In this document: positions 1-14,395 of the stretch, piece after piece
How positions within the stretch are numbered: the first letter of the stretch is position 1
Layout of the letters: the number at the start of each line of letters is the position of its first letter
Source: Mytilus trossulus
Lineage: Eukaryota
Length of the DNA stretch: 64,000 nt
Direction: 5' to 3'
Assembly: GCF_036588685.1 (NCBI RefSeq)
Contig: NC_086382.1
Location: 75,206,001 to 75,270,000, forward strand
The notes under the pieces: generated by a model
What the model was told of the DNA's origin: nothing
Databases searched by the model: none
Seen by the model: only the letters and a program-made list of their open reading frames with translations
Program-made: the position numbers and the translations under genes

Positions 1-621
1 ATTTGAAACATGTAAATATTTACGATTTTTTTCTAGACAAAACATCATTAATGCCAATTACCAAGTCATATTGGTAGTCATTCTGCATGCCCACCTTCCC
101 ATTTTATAGGTGTGCAATTTTACGTATCGGGTTAATCTACATTTTTCATTTTCAAATTAAGTTTTTGCGACACTTGAACAGTAACATTATATCGCGCCGT
201 TGTACTGAAAACTAAACTGTGATAAAAAAAAATGCCAAAAGAATACACACTATCATTGAAACTCCATAAACCATGAACGAATTTTCTGAACGATCCCACA
301 TCAAAACGTTTATTAAAGCCGAATAGCAATTACCTATTTATGATTCATGATTCAATTCCTGATGAACATGAGCCTCCCTAAAAATAATTTGATATCATGA
401 AATATTACATTTGATTGAACTATCACTTGTTTAACCATTGTCACGAATCACAAAGGTTACCATTGCTGGCATTACTATATGAGGAATAACAAAAACCAAA
501 ACACTTTGTTCTGGTATAATATGTTTGCCCAGTTATACTGATCCGACGTTGGAAAAGCAAACAACAATTAGTCATTGCTCTTCGATTTTGTATTTATTAA
601 GCTTTTTTTGGTATTATTCAT

Positions 622-664
622 GCGTCACTGATGAGTCTTTTGTAGACGAACGCACGTTAGTTGC
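622..664 (+). ncRNA. Degenerate minimal hammerhead ribozyme motif
   Basis: GCGTCA-CTGATGA-GTCT-tttgt-AGAC-GAA-C... The CUGAUGA core and 4-bp stem II are intact, but GAAA lacks one A and the stem III / stem I 3' strand is decayed. Confidence 0.45.
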
Positions 665-1419
665 AAATACAAATTTTCCATCCGGGTATCAATGATGAGT
701 TCATTCATAACTTTTAGTTTCTAAAACCCCAGCACTGATTCCTTGCTGTATATAACCTTAAGGAGGCTCGCGGGTATAAGATTTTTCAAAAAAATAAACT
801 TTAATTTTCATTACATTTAATTGAGTGATATATGTTAATTTTGATATTTCATAGCTGACATCTTGACAAAAGCCGCTCTATTATTTTTCAATGTGGGTCC
901 ATAACTTATATAATTTGAAGCACCAAGATGATATACTACTTTGTCCAGTCTGTTTTTCTTTAATCCGGTCAACAATTTGGTAACAGATCTACCAGACTAT
1001 CGGTTAAGAAGATTTCAGACATGTAAAATACTAGTTCAGACTGTTAAAATTGACAACGATAAGGTTTAAGTACAAATCAGTACATCCGAGTGTGGTAAAA
1101 ATTAGGTTCACACGGCACGACAAAGGTCAATTACGAATCGGGAGACTGGTTTGGCTCGTTCCACAAGAATGATCGGGGTGGTAGATCTTGCTCTTCATCT
1201 CTCTGACTTTCTACCCGACCAAAAAAGAGCAAAATCTTCCACCCCGAACATTTTGTCGAAGGAGGTGTCAAAATATGTTGAGTAGGGCTTTGGAAGTCAA
1301 GCATTCAAGATGAGATCGGAATAAGTCGAGTCACGGATCCAATCATTTTAACATGTTTAAGGTCAATCGTATCATGTTTCATCTGTGATACACATTAATT
1401 AATCAATTTCCCGAAACAA

Positions 1420-1830
1420 CATACTTTGAATTTTTCGAAAAAAGTAAGGATTGTCTTATCCCAGCAATAAATTACGTTGGCTATATTTGGCACAACTTGA
1501 TGGAATTTGTGCTCTTCAACTTTGTACTTGTAGGCTTTAAAACTGTTTTGATCTGATGTAAACGAAACGCGCGTCTGGCGTAATAAACTATAATCCTTTT
1601 TTTCCCAACGTAACAATATCTTTATTGGATATTTGCTGTAACAATTTACTAAGTTTACAGCTTTAACTTAGTATCCCTCATGTTAGCATACCTAATAGTC
1701 AAGGGAAGCACTATTTGGCAAGGTATTATTTATTCATAATATTAGTATTCATAACATAAAATATTTCACAAAAAATATTCGATAAATTATTGTAATTATA
1801 ATCCTGGTACATTTGATAACTATTTACACT
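1420..1830 (+). mobile_element. Decayed retrozyme/Penelope-derived repeat with the 3' half of a hammerhead, interrupted by a ~196-bp retro-insertion
   Basis: GAAA-C-GCGC-G-TC-TGGCGT at 1564-1581. Insert 1598-1793 is flanked by TATAATCCT (1589-1597, 1797-1805) and has a minus-strand AATAAA plus A-run. Confidence 0.45.
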
Positions 1831-2565
1831 AGCAATCAATGAAACCGTTCAAATCTTGCTGTTCAGTGTGAATAATGTGCCGTGTTCATGACCTTACTTT
1901 GACCTATTATGGTTTACATTTACAAATTGTGACATGGATGGTGAGTTGTCTCGTTGGCAATCACACCGCATAGTTTAATGTCTATGCAACTACAAGTAAC
2001 TGTTGAACTACACTGATTGAGAACCTGCTGTTGAATTGAGCATAATATGAGCTTTCAGAGTCACCCCAAGGGATTTCATAGCATTCTTATAATGTCTATG
2101 ATCAGCATCGTCCATCTGTCTATTTTAACGCCAATTATCAGTCTGTAGCAGATAGTGATAATCATCTTTGGCGATTGACTTGTTTGCGATAAAAGGATTT
2201 CAATTGGTGAGTACTAGAAAATATAATGGATCAATAATATTTTTAGATTGATTCAATCAGACTATCAGGCATTGAAACCGCAAATCCAGCATACTAAAAG
2301 TGCTTAAAACCATTTGCTGTATATGAGAAAGTCTGCAAAGATAAACATAAACAATGTGTAAGCACTTTCTCATCTAGATTTCTCTGCGTCGCTTTTTGTC
2401 CACGCCTTCTTATTATTTCTGTCATTGCTAGAGATAGTTCTCTGTAAGCTCTAACAAACTTGTTGACAAATGCAGCTGCTCTATCGCCATGCAGATTTTG
2501 TAAATGAATGGCTTCTATCGTCTACAGAATAATAGCCCAAATATATGGACAATTTGTCCGTCTAT

Positions 2566-5069
2566 CAGAGATGGGTCCGATTACTTTCAATGTAATTGAT
2601 TAAATTACAATTACTTTGTCATATGTACGATTAAATTAAATTAATGATTACATCATTTCAGAAAGTGTCTGATTAAATTAATGATTACATTGGCAAAATA
2701 ATCTTGATTACATCTGATTACAATGAATAACAAAACAACATTTTGCATTATGTGAATGTATAAACCTTTAATATATAACTTTAGCGTTTTTTAGAAAGTA
2801 TTGTGTTTGCCATATTATAAAATGATAACTTCAAACTTCATCTATTGAATAAACCTCAAAAGTTCACTTCATGCATACATGAACATTGTGTTACTGGTTA
2901 TGTCGACCCATTGAACTTTATCATCATTAATTTCTGAACTTTTTTATTTCAATAAAATATAGCTTTTTAAAAAGCGTTTGCTGTTTGCCTTCTGACATAT
3001 TCTATACTGTAATTTATATTTGTTTCAAGGTGCAGTTTATGGGAGTTAAAATATGGATGAAATAAAGTTACCAGTTTAATCAAATAGTAAACAATATACA
3101 AGTGCTTAACATCATTGCATTTAACATGTCCAGTCTAAATACATACAAAAATTTGCTTATTTAAACAAGTTATTTGTCCATCTTTTAATAAATCTTGTGC
3201 TGATTAGTATAATTATGATCACAAGTCTGATTTTTACAGTGTCTCATAAGTCAATTTGTTTGGCTGGGTGTTGATTATTTTAAATATTGTATATGTTATA
3301 CTGTATATTGTTCAGATGTTAATCAATACGTGACACTTTAATAAAATATATTTTTTTTTTTTTTTTTTTTTATCTTTTACCATACAAATTGTCATACAGC
3401 TATACTCAGTTGGTAATTGCAATAAAAACAAACCTTAATTGATTTCCTACCTGTCAATGCAAAGTTGACAAAAATCACAACATTAAAAAAAGATTATAAT
3501 TAAGGGTTAAAAGAAAAGTATTACTTGAATATAACAGTTATTATCAAATTTATTAATACATCTTTAAATTGTGAATATATGTACAATATCATTCAGGGTT
3601 TGACACTAACATTAGTGGTGATGTAGTCCACAGGACTACCAAGAATTTTTTTTGAGTAGTCCTGGTAGTCCACCTCTATCACTGGTGAGGGCCGAACTAG
3701 CTAGGGGGTTTGGAACATGCCCCCAAGATTTTTTTTTGAAATAAGATGCAATTTATTGCCATCTGAGCACCTCAAAAACACACAAATGTTCATTTGAGTT
3801 TTGAATTTTTTTTTTTTTTTTCAGATAAATTAAAGTTGACATTGATTGAATAAATTTTATTACTCCTGAACTTTTCCTATCAGAAAATGTAGAAAAATAA
3901 AATGCAAAATCTGCAATCTGAGACAATTTCTAAGGCCTTGTTAGGTAGAGTTATTTGACCTTTTATTCTAGACTCATTTAGAAAAAAAAGGATAAAAATA
4001 AGTCAATGTTTTAAGTTTTCATTGTTCTTCAAACAGTTTATAAGATTTTGTTGTAGTGATACAATGTCTTTATTTGTTAACTTCATCATCACTGTTGAAA
4101 GCACTTCAGTGGATATGTTGCTGAAACAAAATGCCTTTAATAATACCATTTTGAATGACATGCATATGTTTTTTTTCTAATAAGAAAGCCACCAAAAAAT
4201 ATTGTTGCCTTTTTTTCAAACTACCTCTTCCTGTTTCTTTTTTGGGGGGTAATAATTTTGTTATCCAAATTTGGGAAGTATTTTTTTAACTCATCTGCGT
4301 AATTATTGCTGACCTTTGCTGTCTATTCTGCAGTTTCTTCACATTTTGGTTATCATACATTTTCATTTTACATTGAAAATCCCATGTGTTACAAACGCTG
4401 TGATGATTCTGATCAGAAATCTGGATCTCAAAGGTGCTTTCATAATATTGATATATAAAAATACGTTTTTCCAAATGCAATCACTGATTTTGAAAGTAAA
4501 TATTATTGGGAGGACTTTTATGCAAATTTTTATCATTGAAATAGCCAGACTATATACAAACAGAGACATAGACATATGATACAATATATAATTGTATTAT
4601 ATGTCTCTGATACAAATTAGATTTTAGGGGGGCACCGGACTACCGTTAGTGTCGAACCCTGTCTTTTACTAAGACCAGAAACATATAATTGTATTATATG
4701 TCTCTTTTTAGGCTATTGCTGACTTTTCAATACTGTAACAGTTTATGTTTTACTCAAGTATACAAATTTATCAACATGCTTTATAAAAAAAAAAGTAAAC
4801 CAAACTATCTTTCACATGTTCAATATAAATTGAATAAGAATAACAAAAAGTTTCCTTAATTGAACATAAACACAGTTTAAGATTTTTTTCATTGTAATCA
4901 GAATGTAATCATAAAGTAATCAGGATTACAGGGTATTTTGAAAAGTAATTGATTAATTTACATTACATGTAATCAGATTTTTGGCTGATTAATGAGCACA
5001 ATGATTACTTGAAAAATTGTAATCAAATACAGCTGATTAACGATTACAATTACAATTACCCCAACTCTG
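2566..5069. mobile_element. Non-autonomous hAT-superfamily DNA transposon (2504 bp)
   Basis: Exact 8-bp TSD CCGTCTAT (2558-2565, 5070-5077). TIR CAGAGATGGG...CCCAACTCTG. Many GATTAC/GTAATC subterminal repeats at both ends. No transposase ORF. Confidence 0.9.
3594..4661. mobile_element. TIR element nested in the hAT element
   Basis: 17-bp inverted repeats CAGGGTTTGACACTAAC (3594-3610) and GTTAGTGTCGAACCCTG (4645-4661), 16/17 match. No TSD visible. Confidence 0.6.
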
Positions 5070-5871
5070 CCGTCTATGGGATACATTTATATCCCTGCTA
5101 GTACAAAATGTATATGTCGTTATAAAGGTGACGACACTCAGATTCAACCTTGATCTTAGCTTGGTGATATTAAGTGTTTAGGTCTCATTGCATCTTGTTA
5201 TGGTCAACTTATTTGAGAGTACGGAATAATGTTTTCAGTTTGTCCACTTGTAAAGAAGCATAACTTTAGAACTGTAACAGTAACAGCGCCGCCCCCAATT
5301 TTTTAAACGTTCAGATGCACAAGGGTTAGAATCACTATCCTCTCGGTTGTGGATGTTACATACATATCAGACGTTTATACAATAAAATCGTTCATACCCA
5401 ACCGATTATCCATTAGACCCCTATACGATCAGGTTGATCTGGTATCGTCAAGTCTGAGATGAGATAAGGTATACTTGAATTAGTCTAACTGGTCGAGTAA
5501 AAAATGTAAAAAAGATAGTGACATGGTCAGGATCGTCGAATATGCATTTTATATATGGTTAAGCTGAAGTGAAGAAATTGTTGGGAAGTCATAAATTGTC
5601 GTCTATAGTCTTATTGCGGTCTGATAGATGTCATAAATTTCTAATCGACGGTTTATGCTTATTCGTGAAAATTTAGGCAATCGGAATCAGCGACTTGATT
5701 TCACAGGCACTATGTTACCTGCTATAACATATATGGGTCGAGCAAAAGCAAGTATAATTGATACCAGCTATAAAACAATTTAGACTTTTCCGCTTTGTAG
5801 TGTATGAAAATGTATTTCAACTGCAATTGGAACGCTTCATATTTTTGAGAGGTTAAACAGAGTAGGGGCCT

Positions 5872-6010
5872 TTTATAGCTGACTATGCAGTATAGGCTTT
5901 GCTCATTGTTGAAGGCCGTACGGTGACCTATAGATGTTGATGTTTGTGTCATTTTGGTCTTTTGTGGATAGTTGTCTCATTGGCAATCATATCACATCTT
6001 CTTTTTTATA
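5872..6010 (+). repeat. Short interspersed repeat (about 140 bp), multi-copy in window
   Basis: GCTTTGCTCATTGTTGAAGGCCGTACGGTGACCTATA...CACATCTTCTTTTT. Related copies lie at ~10998-11117 (inverted) and ~46165-46295, with more diverged ones at ~1900-1985, ~46585-46720 and ~59195-59310. Confidence 0.7.
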
Positions 6011-6748
6011 TATGGTGTAATGGTTCTGGTCTGGCGTGAGTACAACATAATTATGATACTTATGTCCAACTATGACAATGCTAATACTAGCAGTTTTATT
6101 TTAAAAGAAATTGCATATACAATTCATATTCTTAGTTCATTTTCTGAATGTTTACTGTATAGAACCCGTGTCAAAATGCGTTTTAACCGTTTTAAACTGA
6201 AGTTGGTAACGTTTCTGTTAAAGGTTGTTTAACAGATCAACGCTAATATAACAGATAAAATAAACATGTGTACTGTATATTCAATGTAACGTTGACACAA
6301 ATAAATATGATCCATCTGAATAAGATCATCAAGTTCATCAATTAAATTATAAAACACACATTTAAAAATCTATAAACAATATATATTTGGTTTTGACAGT
6401 TGTCCAATCTTACTAACAATGCATATCATTGCTCTAGTTTTTAAATTGTTTCTGTAGGGCAAACATTATGTAGACAGCATTTAAATTATAAACCAAACTG
6501 TTCATTTTATTTAGTTATAAGTATTAATATCTTACAACAATTTAGCCATGCATGCTCAGTAATATAAATGCACTGCTGAAGGAAATTTATGCTTTTTACA
6601 TAATATTTGGTAAGAAAATACCTTGGTATTAACGAGTAGAACGTTTATTCACTTTGAATGTGTTGACGGTAAAATATGAATACGCATAATCTACCAATTA
6701 ACACACAAGGAAATGTTTCAGGATCATGACATTTAATTGCTGTTAGTT

Positions 6749-7612
6749 AATAAAATTGAGAAAAGAAATGGTGAATGTGTCAAAGCGACAACAACCCGAC
6801 CACAGAGCAGACAACAGCCGAAGGCCACAAATGGGTCTTCAATGAAGCGAAAATTCCGGCACCCTTAGGTGTCCTTCAGCAGTCCCCTAAAACATATGTG
6901 TACTAGTACAGTGATAATCGACGTCATACTAAACTCCGAAGAATATACAGGAAAATGAAATTAAAAATCAAACTAGACTAACAAAGGCCAGAGGCTCCTG
7001 ATTTGGGACAGGCGCAAAATAGCGGCGGGGTTCAACATGTTTATGAGATCTTAACCCTCCTCCTAAACTTCTAGCCAATGTAGAAAAGTAAACGCATAAC
7101 AATACGCACATTAAAATTCATTTTAAGAGAAGTCCGAGTCCGATGTCAAAAGATGTAACAAAAGAATATAAATAAAAATGACTATAAAACATAGTTAATA
7201 ACAGACTACTAGCAGTTAACTGACATGCCAGCTTCAGACCTCAATTAAACTGATTGAAATATTATGTATTCATCGTATCAATATCAGACACAATCTCTGT
7301 CGTCATGGATTAAGTCTCATACTATCATAAAATATATGAGAAGAGCAGAACCTGTGTCATGCCAACAACTGTTAAAAAAATGTGTTTAGTTCCGATGCAA
7401 ATATCATATTAGTGAATTAATATTAAATTCAAAATATGCAATCTTAAATGACCTGACAACAGTATTGTACAATGTAACTATATACCTTCTTAATAAGTGT
7501 GTTTAAATGTTTTGTAAGCTTTTGAGGTGAATACTGACATTTTTGTGCTTTGTAAAGAATATTACCATAAACAAATTGGGTGTGAAATACCTGAACGTAT
7601 AAGATGTCTGCA
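6749..7612 (-). mobile_element. 5'-truncated retroelement (decayed protein C-terminus plus 3' region), probably Penelope-like
   Basis: Minus strand reads RHLIRSGISHPI-(frameshift)-YGNILYKAQKCQYSPQKLTK. It shares its terminus with the shorter copy at 10123-10289. Confidence 0.5.
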
Positions 7613-10122
7613 TGTCTTAAATAGGTTTAGAATTTGCCATTTGAGATGTTTGATAAGGGACGTTTTAATTTGAATTATCCTTGGAAAAAAGAGAACAACA
7701 AAATGTTTTGGACATAAATTGTTCTGGTTTAATCGATTGAGGTTTAAGATTGACAACAGAAACAACAGTATAAATTTTTTTTCTGTTGCCTTGTGTGCAA
7801 AATATTTACCCATGTTGAGTAGACAAGTACCTATTATTATGTTTTTGTACATTTTTTGTGCATAATTGTTTGAAGCTTTTTTAAAAAAAAGTATATGATA
7901 AAAACCTAATAATCGGTATACTAGTAAACCTGGAGTAGTTCTTGTAAACTTTTGGTCATACCTATCCACGTATGCTCAGCTTTTTGGAAATCAGTGATAA
8001 AAGCATAGGTCAAAATCTTTAACCCAGGCAGGGTATTTTTTAATGATTATACATTCCCCACACAACGATATCTTTCTCGTTCACCATTCAAATTAAAAAA
8101 AATCGTAATGACTTTTGACCTAAAAAGATTGAAAGATCGGACATATTTTTATTTTATTACGTATTTGAAAAAGTCAATACGATATTCAAATGAGACTTAC
8201 AAATTGTGTTATGTTTGGTGAAGATAAAAAATAATTTTACCTGGAGAAGCCACGAGTAAAATGTATTTTGGCATTGCACTTTGAAAATGACTTAATCAAT
8301 GGAATAAAACATCTTAAACATTTACTTTCTCTATTTTTCTCCACAATAGGTTATAAAAAAAATTTATCTTCTGTGTATCAGGAAAATTGTGTGCAAATAT
8401 AACAAGTGGCAATGCCAACCTTTCAGACCTTTAGTTTCATTGATGAATAATAATATGGACTCGTACAGTGTCCAATGTGAAGTTCAATCAAGTTAATGTA
8501 TCAATTTATACACGGTCTTATCAAATCAATATACCCGAATGAATAGCATTGGTAGTCTAGAAATAAAGTTATAGTAACTTAATCCAATCAAATTGCGTAA
8601 GGTTCCATTACAATGCAAGGTCCACATCATAATGCGTAATGGGGGTAAATTTTGGTAGGAAGAAAATTACAATTAATATTCATGTAATAACGATTAGAAA
8701 TGTGTCAAACAAAAAGTTAACTTTAGTTTCAAAAACTTGTCGTTCTGTAATTGTATAGTTTGCAGATATATCAATTGTGTATTACGACGATGAAAACTTA
8801 CATTATTATTGCCTTCTACAAAAACATCCTATTCAAGCATGCAATATTTAACAAATAATACGAGATACCGAGTAAAATCATTTCTAATAACGCTGCATTT
8901 AAATTTATTCTGATGCATACAGTGGTATTGTCATGAAGTGCGTTGAAAAGAACAATGGTATAGGAAACATCTAATTACCTCACAAAATGTTATCGCGCAC
9001 TAAAGGCTCGTTATAAAACATATAGTTATAAAGAACAGTGAAGAGTTTAGCAAACATAGGAAACACAAACACTAATTTACTAATGATATGGAAATTACGG
9101 TGTAGCAGTATAATAAAGAATTTCATTTAAAAAGAAATATGGTTGTCGTTCATTTCAGTCTTGTAAAAGTCTAGACGATGCTCTTCTTGAACACTCATTA
9201 AGAAACATTTTCAATTTGAACAGTTGTTAACTATATTTGAATTAATACAGCTTATAATCCGTGTCAAATTACTTATTTTACTGCAACACAATATTTCCTT
9301 ATTGAAAGCTAAGGTATAATGTCTACGTAAAGGTCTATGTTACAGTGCAACATTAACAAATATATATGCTATATGATATACTCATATCTTTAATGGGATA
9401 TACTAATGTATATTGTGTACATCGTGTTACTCCACAGAAATATTATGACAATAACTATTATTATTTAAAACAAGGCTGAACGCGTTATAAAAAGTAGGAC
9501 AATTCATATGTTTGACTATATATCTGGCAAGAGAAACTATTTAGTATTTGAGAGTAAAATAATTTTGAAAATGTTCAAGGACAAATGAATTATTAATTTA
9601 TTTTACTTTAGTAAGGACGAAAAAGAGTTTACAACGACATTTATAGGAATCGAAAACTAGTATATTTCAATCGATGTAAATGTTAGCTTGATAGCACATA
9701 TACCTATCTATATTTTCTGTAGTTGAATAGTTTCTTTTATATTTCAAACCATGTTTACTGGAAATAATGTCAGGGTTTTCTGCATATATGTATACTGCAT
9801 CATGCAATGAAGTTTTTTTTTTTTTATCTAAACATAGTTTTATCTTGTATGTTTCAAGCAAAGCAGGGAAAGGACGTCTTACCTTTGAATCGAATTCACA
9901 AACGCACGGTCATGCATACAAATGTCAACGATATAAATTCAGGTCAAATTTATAAACATGTTTGACGTTACAGAGTCTTGATAAGCAAACTAATGACTAT
10001 TGCCTGATATTTGTAAGCAAATTCACATTTTTTATTTTGTTTTATGCTTATTTGATTCCTTTTTTTAAAGTGTACAGCAAGCTTGAAAATGTCTTAAATG
10101 GTTAAAGTGTCTGACATAATTC

Positions 10123-10289
10123 ATAAAATTGAGAATGGAAATGGGAAATGTGTCAAAGAGACAACAAACCGACCAAATACAATAACAACAGCAGAAGGTC
10201 ACCAACAGATTATCAATGTAGCGAGAAATTCCCGCACCCGTAGGCGTCCTTCAGCTGGCCCCTAAAAATATATATACTAGTGCAGTGAT
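10123..10289 (-). repeat. Short 3'-end copy of the 6749-7612 element
   Basis: ATAAAATTGAGAA...TGTGTCAAAG.GACAACAA.CCGACCA...CTAGT.CAGTGAT aligns with 6750-6917. Confidence 0.75.
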
Positions 10290-10549
10290 GTAAACATGAG
10301 CACGAAAAAGTATAAATATCAATATATAAAATGATAATGCTTACAATAAAGAAATTTGGAAATAGGTCTTATAACTCAGTAGAAATAGATATCTGTCGAA
10401 TTGAACCATTTTTTTTTAATTTCAACATAAATAACAATAGGAATAAAATCACTAAAATATTGTTCGTTATCATAACGACGAAAAATAAGAGCAAATGATT
10501 TAATGATTCCTACTCGCTATGAAACCTATACAAATGAAGAAATTACTAG

Positions 10550-10770
10550 AAAGGAAAATCACAAAAATGCTGGTTGGTAATGAAAATTCAAAACAGAAAA
10601 TCCCTAATCTAATAGCATACCAAAGCACAAACGAAAGGACTGTCATATTCTGGACATGGTACATGCATGTTCTAAAGTAGAAAATGGTGGTTAAAACCTG
10701 GTTTTATAGCTAGTTAAACCTGTCACTTTTATTACAGTCAATACAACTTCAATAAATTGACAACGATTTC
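10550..10770 (-). repeat. Diverged inverted copy of the repeat at ~42585-42822
   Basis: GTAGAAAATGGTGG...AACCTGGTTTTATAGCTAG is the reverse complement of 42638-42675. Confidence 0.7.
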
Positions 10771-11379
10771 AGTAGAATGTAACAGACACAGGACATATCA
10801 CATTTACCTGCACGTGTTATCGACATAGTTAACTGAATGTTTGTTTTCCAGATAATACATGCATTTCACTTAGAAAACTTTAATAATTCACCGTTGGAGG
10901 TTTCACATTTTATGGTTAAACGATATCTACATAAATCATTCTAAAAACGACAAATAGTATATATAACTGCTTTCATTTGATATAGTAGTATTGTCAATAT
11001 AAAAAGAAGATGTGGTATGATTGACAATAAAACAACTCTTCACAAGAGACCAAAATTGGACAGGTATTAACAACTATACGGCCTTCAACAATGAGCAAAG
11101 CCTATACCGCATAGTCAAGTTGTAAAGTTCAGTCGAAACGGTTTTTCGGATAATCTTTGATCGATTCCTCGGTTTACCAGTAAAGTAGCTGATGTTCAAA
11201 TGTCTTTTCTACATAACTCTATAAACTCATCTATAAGGAGTTTATTCTAGGATTAATAACAACAACAAAAAGCACAAGACAAAATGTAATACATGTATTC
11301 AAGTTTAAAAATGTTCGATTGTCAAAATATCAAAATATGTCCATACTGATTTATAACAATTCTATTTGATATTTAGATT

Positions 11380-11428
11380 ATGAATTCGGACTGTAGTGTA
11401 CTAAAGACTCTCTTGCTCATTTTATCAG
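11380..11428 (+). CDS. Ig-superfamily membrane protein, putative first coding exon (signal peptide N-part MNSDCSVLKTLLLILS)
   Basis: Acceptor tttag at 11376, ATG at 11380, donor G|gtaag (phase 1). Joined to 21819-21854 it gives a plausible signal peptide in frame with the Ig exons. Confidence 0.6.
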
Positions 11429-12744
11429 GTAAGATTTTAGATTGATATGTCATCAACAAAAGCAACAATATTTTTATCTCCGGAAACTATGTTGCTCTTT
11501 AGACAACCCACTTTGGCCAACAAATCTGAACGAGTTTATTGGACAAATAATACACCATATACAGAACTTTTTTTTTTTTATCAAAACGAAGAACGAACCA
11601 GGTGTAGAACAAATTTAGGATAAGTTTACATACAGATGAACGTTTTTTTCCCTATCACTGGATAATAATATGCCGTGAAGTTTATGGGGGTTCGTGTTGC
11701 TTATTCTTTAGTTTTCTATGGTGTGTCATATGTTCTATTGATTGTCTGTTTGTCTTCCTCATTTCGCGCCATGGCGTTATCATTTTTTTTTTTTATGATT
11801 TTGACTGTCCCTTTGGGATTTTCCGTTCTTCTTTCAGAACAACAATTAGCTTTAGTTTTTCAGAGATTGTAGAAATCGAAGACTGCGGTCATGCGTATTT
11901 GCTTATATTCAGAATATCATGATAAACGTACGTCAGTAAACAGTGTAGTGATAGTTCAAGGTCAATGTAAGAATTGTAAAACGTCTCAGGATAGTATAAT
12001 CCTTATGGCCCATAAAATGCTGTCGTTCCACCTTTAACATACACTATGTTTTAACCTGTAATCCTTAAAATACCGTATTGAGCTATAACGGACATGACCA
12101 AATGCAAAACACTTCATCAAGACAATGCATAGCAAACTAGTTAGACAGACATTAACCGATGAACACCATTAAGTAACAGGTTACTTACTAACTGTGGACA
12201 GGTACATTCAGATTATGTTTTAATAACTAGTGTTTGTGAACACTTCATACGCTGTATCAACCGGCACAGTGGTATTCTGTAATGCCCATTTCGTCGATAA
12301 TAATTGGTTATCAAAGAAAGGTTGATTAAGATTTAATCGTCATGCTGTTATGCCTCGCGTTATTCTTTTAACTAGAAAACACCCGCGAAATCGCGGGCAT
12401 ATACAGCTTGTGAACTGTTGTAGGATGATTTTTTGTAAAAGATATCATGTATTGAAAATAACATAAACGGTATCTCCCTTTTTCCTAGGTCCGATATTTG
12501 TTTCCTTTCTGTTAAATTCAATTATATTCGTGTTTCTGGTTTACGACCATAATTATTCTTCTCTTTTGCTACAATGCTTCTTTTGATAAAGTCAAATCAA
12601 ATTAAAAATTTGCACCGTTTCAAACATGAAACAAATATCACTGCTTATATATAGACCATTATTAGTCTAAAAAATATGCTTCAATGACAATCCATCAGTG
12701 CTTTTTTTAAGAGCCTTATTAATATGCCAATGGTAGGATCTGAA

Positions 12745-13755
12745 TCATGTATATGTTCCGGACCATATGAGTATTTGGACCATACGCGTATGGTCATGAC
12801 CATATGCGTATACTCATATGGTCCGACCATACGCGTATGGTCGGACCATATGAGTATAATACTCGTTTGGTTATTAACGGGCCGGACCATATGAGTATTT
12901 GGACCATATAGGTATATATATTTTTTTCAAATTACATTATAAACGTTTCAATAATACAAAAACTTTATCTAAAAAAACAGTGATGGTTTAAAACATGACA
13001 TTTTTTTTAATTTTATAATAAAAAAACTACGTAAAAATTTAATATTGATGCCATAGTTAGTTTTCATCGCTAGTTACATTCCTGCATTTAGGTTTGGATG
13101 ACATTCACTTCCACACGGTATCATAGCTTTTTTGCATTTGCAAGAAATTTGTGCACGATCTTTTTCATTTACACATTTTGTTTGCGAGTGAAAAACAAGC
13201 CTTTTTTGCAGCTGCGTTCAGTGATACCGAGGTCTTTGGCAATTCTGATGTCTACGGTGTTTTTAAGAAGCTCTATATCTCAAATATCGTAAAACGACTG
13301 CAATACACCATCTTCACAACACAACTTAAATAAATTAATAATATGCTACTTTCCAGTGACTTCTTATGTAACAGTTCATTAAGAAATTTTTGGAATTTAA
13401 ATTTTTAGTCGACATATTGCCATTACTCGTAATAACAAATCGGTAATGACCATCGGTATAAAATGTGTTTACTTTAAATTTGACAACTAAGTAAAATTAA
13501 GTAACTATGTGAAACTTCTTATTATTATTTAGCTTATCTTTTTATTATAATATATGATAAAATTACCTATATGATAGCGTATTTTGAATGAACGGTCATA
13601 CCATATGAAGTTTAGAAGTATGAAAAGTAAACTGTAACAGAGTGTTAATTACCCCGACCATACGCGTATGGTCGGACCATATGAGTATATACCCATATGG
13701 TCATGACCATACGCGTATGGTCCAAATACTCATATGGTCCGGAACATATACATGA
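12745..13755. mobile_element. MITE/foldback element with ~100-bp modular palindromic TIRs
   Basis: 12745-12844 is a near-exact reverse complement of ~13654-13755. TIRs are built from GACCATA modules and the palindrome GACCATACGCGTATGGTC. Possible TA TSD at 12750-12751 and 13749-13750. Confidence 0.85.
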
Positions 13756-14395
13756 CTAATACCGACTTAGGCTAATTTGAAGGGTTGTCGATCGAAGGGG
13801 TCCTGATCCCGAAATCCCGGGCTTAAAACAATGAATTCTCGAGATGCAGAACTTAAAGAAATTCATATCCCGAAATCGAAAAATATATTTCTGGATTCCG
13901 TAAGGATCAATTCCCAAATCCCGAGCTTAAACACACCCGATCCTGACGCCCCGAAAAAGGTCCTGCCTCCCTCTTATCTCTACCTTACTTTATTTTTTGC
14001 CAAATCACTATTTTCCCTTTTAACAATAAATTATACATAGAAATTTCCTGACAGAATACAGAGAGTCTCTATATATTAAAGTAGTATTATCGTAAACGCT
14101 AAAAATATTTGTCCTCTCTAAAGGATATAATAGTTATGATTTTTGCGATCTAAACACCGTGATATGGAGAATGTTCTACGATTGGTTGTACTTGTGTCAC
14201 ATGTTTTACTTATTTTAATATAAATGCAACTGGTATGACCCCCCTGAATAGTAAACATTTAAAAAAAAACAGTAGACAGAATACAGAGATTCTCTATATA
14301 TCAAAGAAGTGTAATCGTAGTTTACATGTAGATAAACGCGAACAATAATTGTCCTATCTAAGGAGGTATTACAGTTGTGGTTCTTGCAATGGTAA

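Noticed and set aside
2138-2212. Non-coding first exon/promoter of the Ig gene (TCAGT at ~2138, donor G|gtgagt at 2206)
   Set aside because: Plausible, but short motifs alone are insufficient without transcript data.
132-11000. Short ORF-track ORFs of 60-135 aa
   Set aside because: They have no domains, are of a length expected by chance, and mostly lie inside repeats.
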